DNA from: an uncultured Candidatus Saccharibacteria bacterium
GTDB lineage: Bacteria; Patescibacteriota; Doudnabacteria; UBA920; O2-02-FULL-48-8
Direction: 5' to 3'
Assembly: GCA_964405805.1 (NCBI GenBank)
Contig: CAYOPE010000005.1
Location: 1-38,183 of the forward strand
Length of the DNA: 38,183 bases
A program made the position numbers and the translations under genes. Below are positions 37,164 to 38,183 of this stretch, piece by piece (position 1 is the stretch's first letter; each line of letters begins with the position of its first letter). The notes beneath the pieces were generated by a model. That model was not told the origin of the DNA. It worked only from the letters and a program-made list of their open reading frames with translations, and ran no database searches.

Positions 37164-37240
37164 ATTGCGCGGCTCATTAAGCAGAAAAGCTTAATGTTGC
37201 CTGCCCCCGCCTGGCACGAGGCCAGGACGGGGTACGCAAC
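37164..37240 (-). ncRNA. candidate structured 5' leader RNA (three-way junction), family unassigned
   Basis: starts about 5 nt after the -10 box; P1 TTGCG/CGCAA, P2 CCCCG-CCTGGC/GCCAGG-CGGGG, P3 GGC..CATTAAGC/GCTTAATG..GCC. Confidence 0.55.
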
Positions 37241-37245
37241 TATCA

Positions 37246-37274
37246 ATATTAGCACAAAATCGAGGTTTTGTCAA
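37246..37274 (-). promoter_or_regulatory. sigma70 promoter for the leader and paralog 2
   Basis: TTGACA-17 nt-TG-extended TAATAT. Confidence 0.75.
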
Positions 37275-37340
37275 GAGCTAAGGATGGGTAGTGTGGCTAA
37301 TAATTTGGCATACGCTAAATGCTTGAGGTATAATATAATC

Positions 37341-38003
37341 ATGAAACCCCTGAGTCGCATTCAGTTTGAACCATGGTCTGCTAATCTCGCTTATGCCGTG
37401 GGTCTTTTAACTACTGACGGTAATCTTTCTAAAGATGGTCGCCATTTAGATTTAACATCAAAGGACCTTGATCAATTAGAAAATTTTATGAAATGTATAG
37501 GGATTAGAGTTAAGATTGGTTACAAATCGTCTGGCTATACAGGTAAGAAGACAACGCATATTCAGTTTGGAGATGTAATGTTTTATAGATTTCTCTTAAG
37601 CATCGGTCTTCACCCAAATAAGACCAAGACTTTATCGAAGTTGAAAATACCAGATAAATATTTCTTTGATTTTTTACGAGGTCATTTTGACGGAGATGGC
37701 TGCTCCTATTCTTACTGGGATCCTCGCTGGCGTTCGAGCTTTATGCTTTATATGACTTTTGTCGGCGCAAGCATAAAACATATTGATTGGATTCAAAAAA
37801 CAATCTATAAACTCTTGAAAATTAAAGGACGGATGAGTAAAAATAAAAATATCCACCAATTGAGATATGCAAAAGGCGAGTCTTTAATTTTAATTAAGAG
37901 AATGTATTATAGTGAAGATACGGTTTGCTTGAAGAGGAAGCTCTTGAAAATTCAGGCAGCTTTAAGTATAATCAATCAGCATAATCCTGCGCGGGTGGTG
38001 TAA
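37341..38003 (+). CDS. free-standing LAGLIDADG homing endonuclease-like protein (two motifs, 220 aa)
   Basis: LAYAVGLLTTDG and FLRGHFDGDG; start MKPLS lies 6 nt after TATAAT; stop falls inside tRNA-Leu. Confidence 0.9.
   Translation: MKPLSRIQFEPWSANLAYAVGLLTTDGNLSKDGRHLDLTSKDLDQLENFMKCIGIRVKIGYKSSGYTGKKTTHIQFGDVMFYRFLLSIGLHPNKTKTLSKLKIPDKYFFDFLRGHFDGDGCSYSYWDPRWRSSFMLYMTFVGASIKHIDWIQKTIYKLLKIKGRMSKNKNIHQLRYAKGESLILIKRMYYSEDTVCLKRKLLKIQAALSIINQHNPARVV
37944..37972 (+). promoter_or_regulatory. tRNA-Leu(GAG) promoter embedded in the LAGLIDADG CDS
   Basis: TTGAAA-17 nt-TATAAT, ending 16 nt before the tRNA. Confidence 0.7.
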
Positions 38004-38075
38004 CTGGCAGCCACGCAGCCTTGAGGTGGCTGTGCCCGAAAGGGCGTGGAGGTTCGAGTCCTCTCCCGCGCACCA
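37989..38075 (+). tRNA. tRNA-Leu(GAG)
   Basis: GCGCGGG/CCCGCGC acceptor stem, CAGCC-TTGAGGT-GGCTG, long variable arm, GGTTCGA, encoded CCA. Confidence 0.97.
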
Positions 38076-38183
38076 AAATTAGGGTTTTAATAGAGTCCCA
38101 GAAAAAATTAGGTGCGCAGGACGAAGTCCGAGCACATATTTTTTCTGAAAGGAGCAGCAGCTAGACCATAGCACTTTTACGTA

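Noticed and set aside
37164-37240. Assignment to c-di-AMP, c-di-GMP, SAM or SRP RNA families
   Set aside because: The conserved sequence blocks of those families were not recognisable, so it is left unassigned.
37101-37340. 80-aa N-terminal extension of the LAGLIDADG ORF in the ORF track
   Set aside because: It runs antisense through the structured leader and promoter of the neighbouring gene; a promoter directly before ATG 37341 supports the shorter start.
37341-38003. LAGLIDADG ORF as an intein or a group I intron ORF
   Set aside because: There is no N-terminal Cys/Ser Hint block or C-terminal HN, no interrupted host gene, the tRNA is intact, and no room for a ribozyme core is evident.
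38106-38143. Hairpin GTGC..GGAC-GAA-GTCC..GCAC after tRNA-Leu(GAG)
   Set aside because: It could be a terminator or a repeat, but it is imperfect and too near the window edge to classify.
1-38183. Alternative genetic code 25 (TGA = Gly)
   Set aside because: TGA ends polA, ruvB, yidC and jag at the expected positions, and no conserved gene is interrupted by TGA.

Overview
Chromosomal origin region of a small-genome bacterium, most likely Patescibacteria/CPR (Parcubacteria-like). This is inferred from the short YidC and Jag, reduced PolA, TrmB and ORF6N genes, and near-absence of Shine-Dalgarno sites on core genes. TGA is used as a stop, so the code is 11. The core is recF-dnaN-oriC-dnaA <> rpmH-rnpA-yidD-yidC-jag. 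It is flanked by rpsT, polA, a PilB/GspE ATPase, tsaE, vanW, an M29 aminopeptidase, ruvB, a class A PBP, tyrS, ruvC, yebC, gyrA, rpsA and three tRNAs (Cys-GCA, Leu-TAA, Leu-GAG). The more unusual signals lie in small elements. (1) A free-standing double-LAGLIDADG endonuclease gene contains the promoter of tRNA-Leu(GAG), stops inside that tRNA, and is preceded by a possible decayed 5' half of the same tRNA. (2) A GxxExxY nuclease gene bounded by inverted TACWAAT arrays sits exactly at the yebC/ruvC junction. (3) Short palindromic elements are inserted in frame in dnaN, jag and yidD, and the yidD element has an intergenic copy. (4) An unassigned three-way-junction RNA leader precedes a secreted lysozyme-like gene. 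(5) Terminator/extended -10/ATG modules recur, implying leaderless mRNAs. (6) GC-rich orphan mini-cassettes carry their own promoters and strong SD sites. All calls come from reading the sequence by eye; no searches were run.
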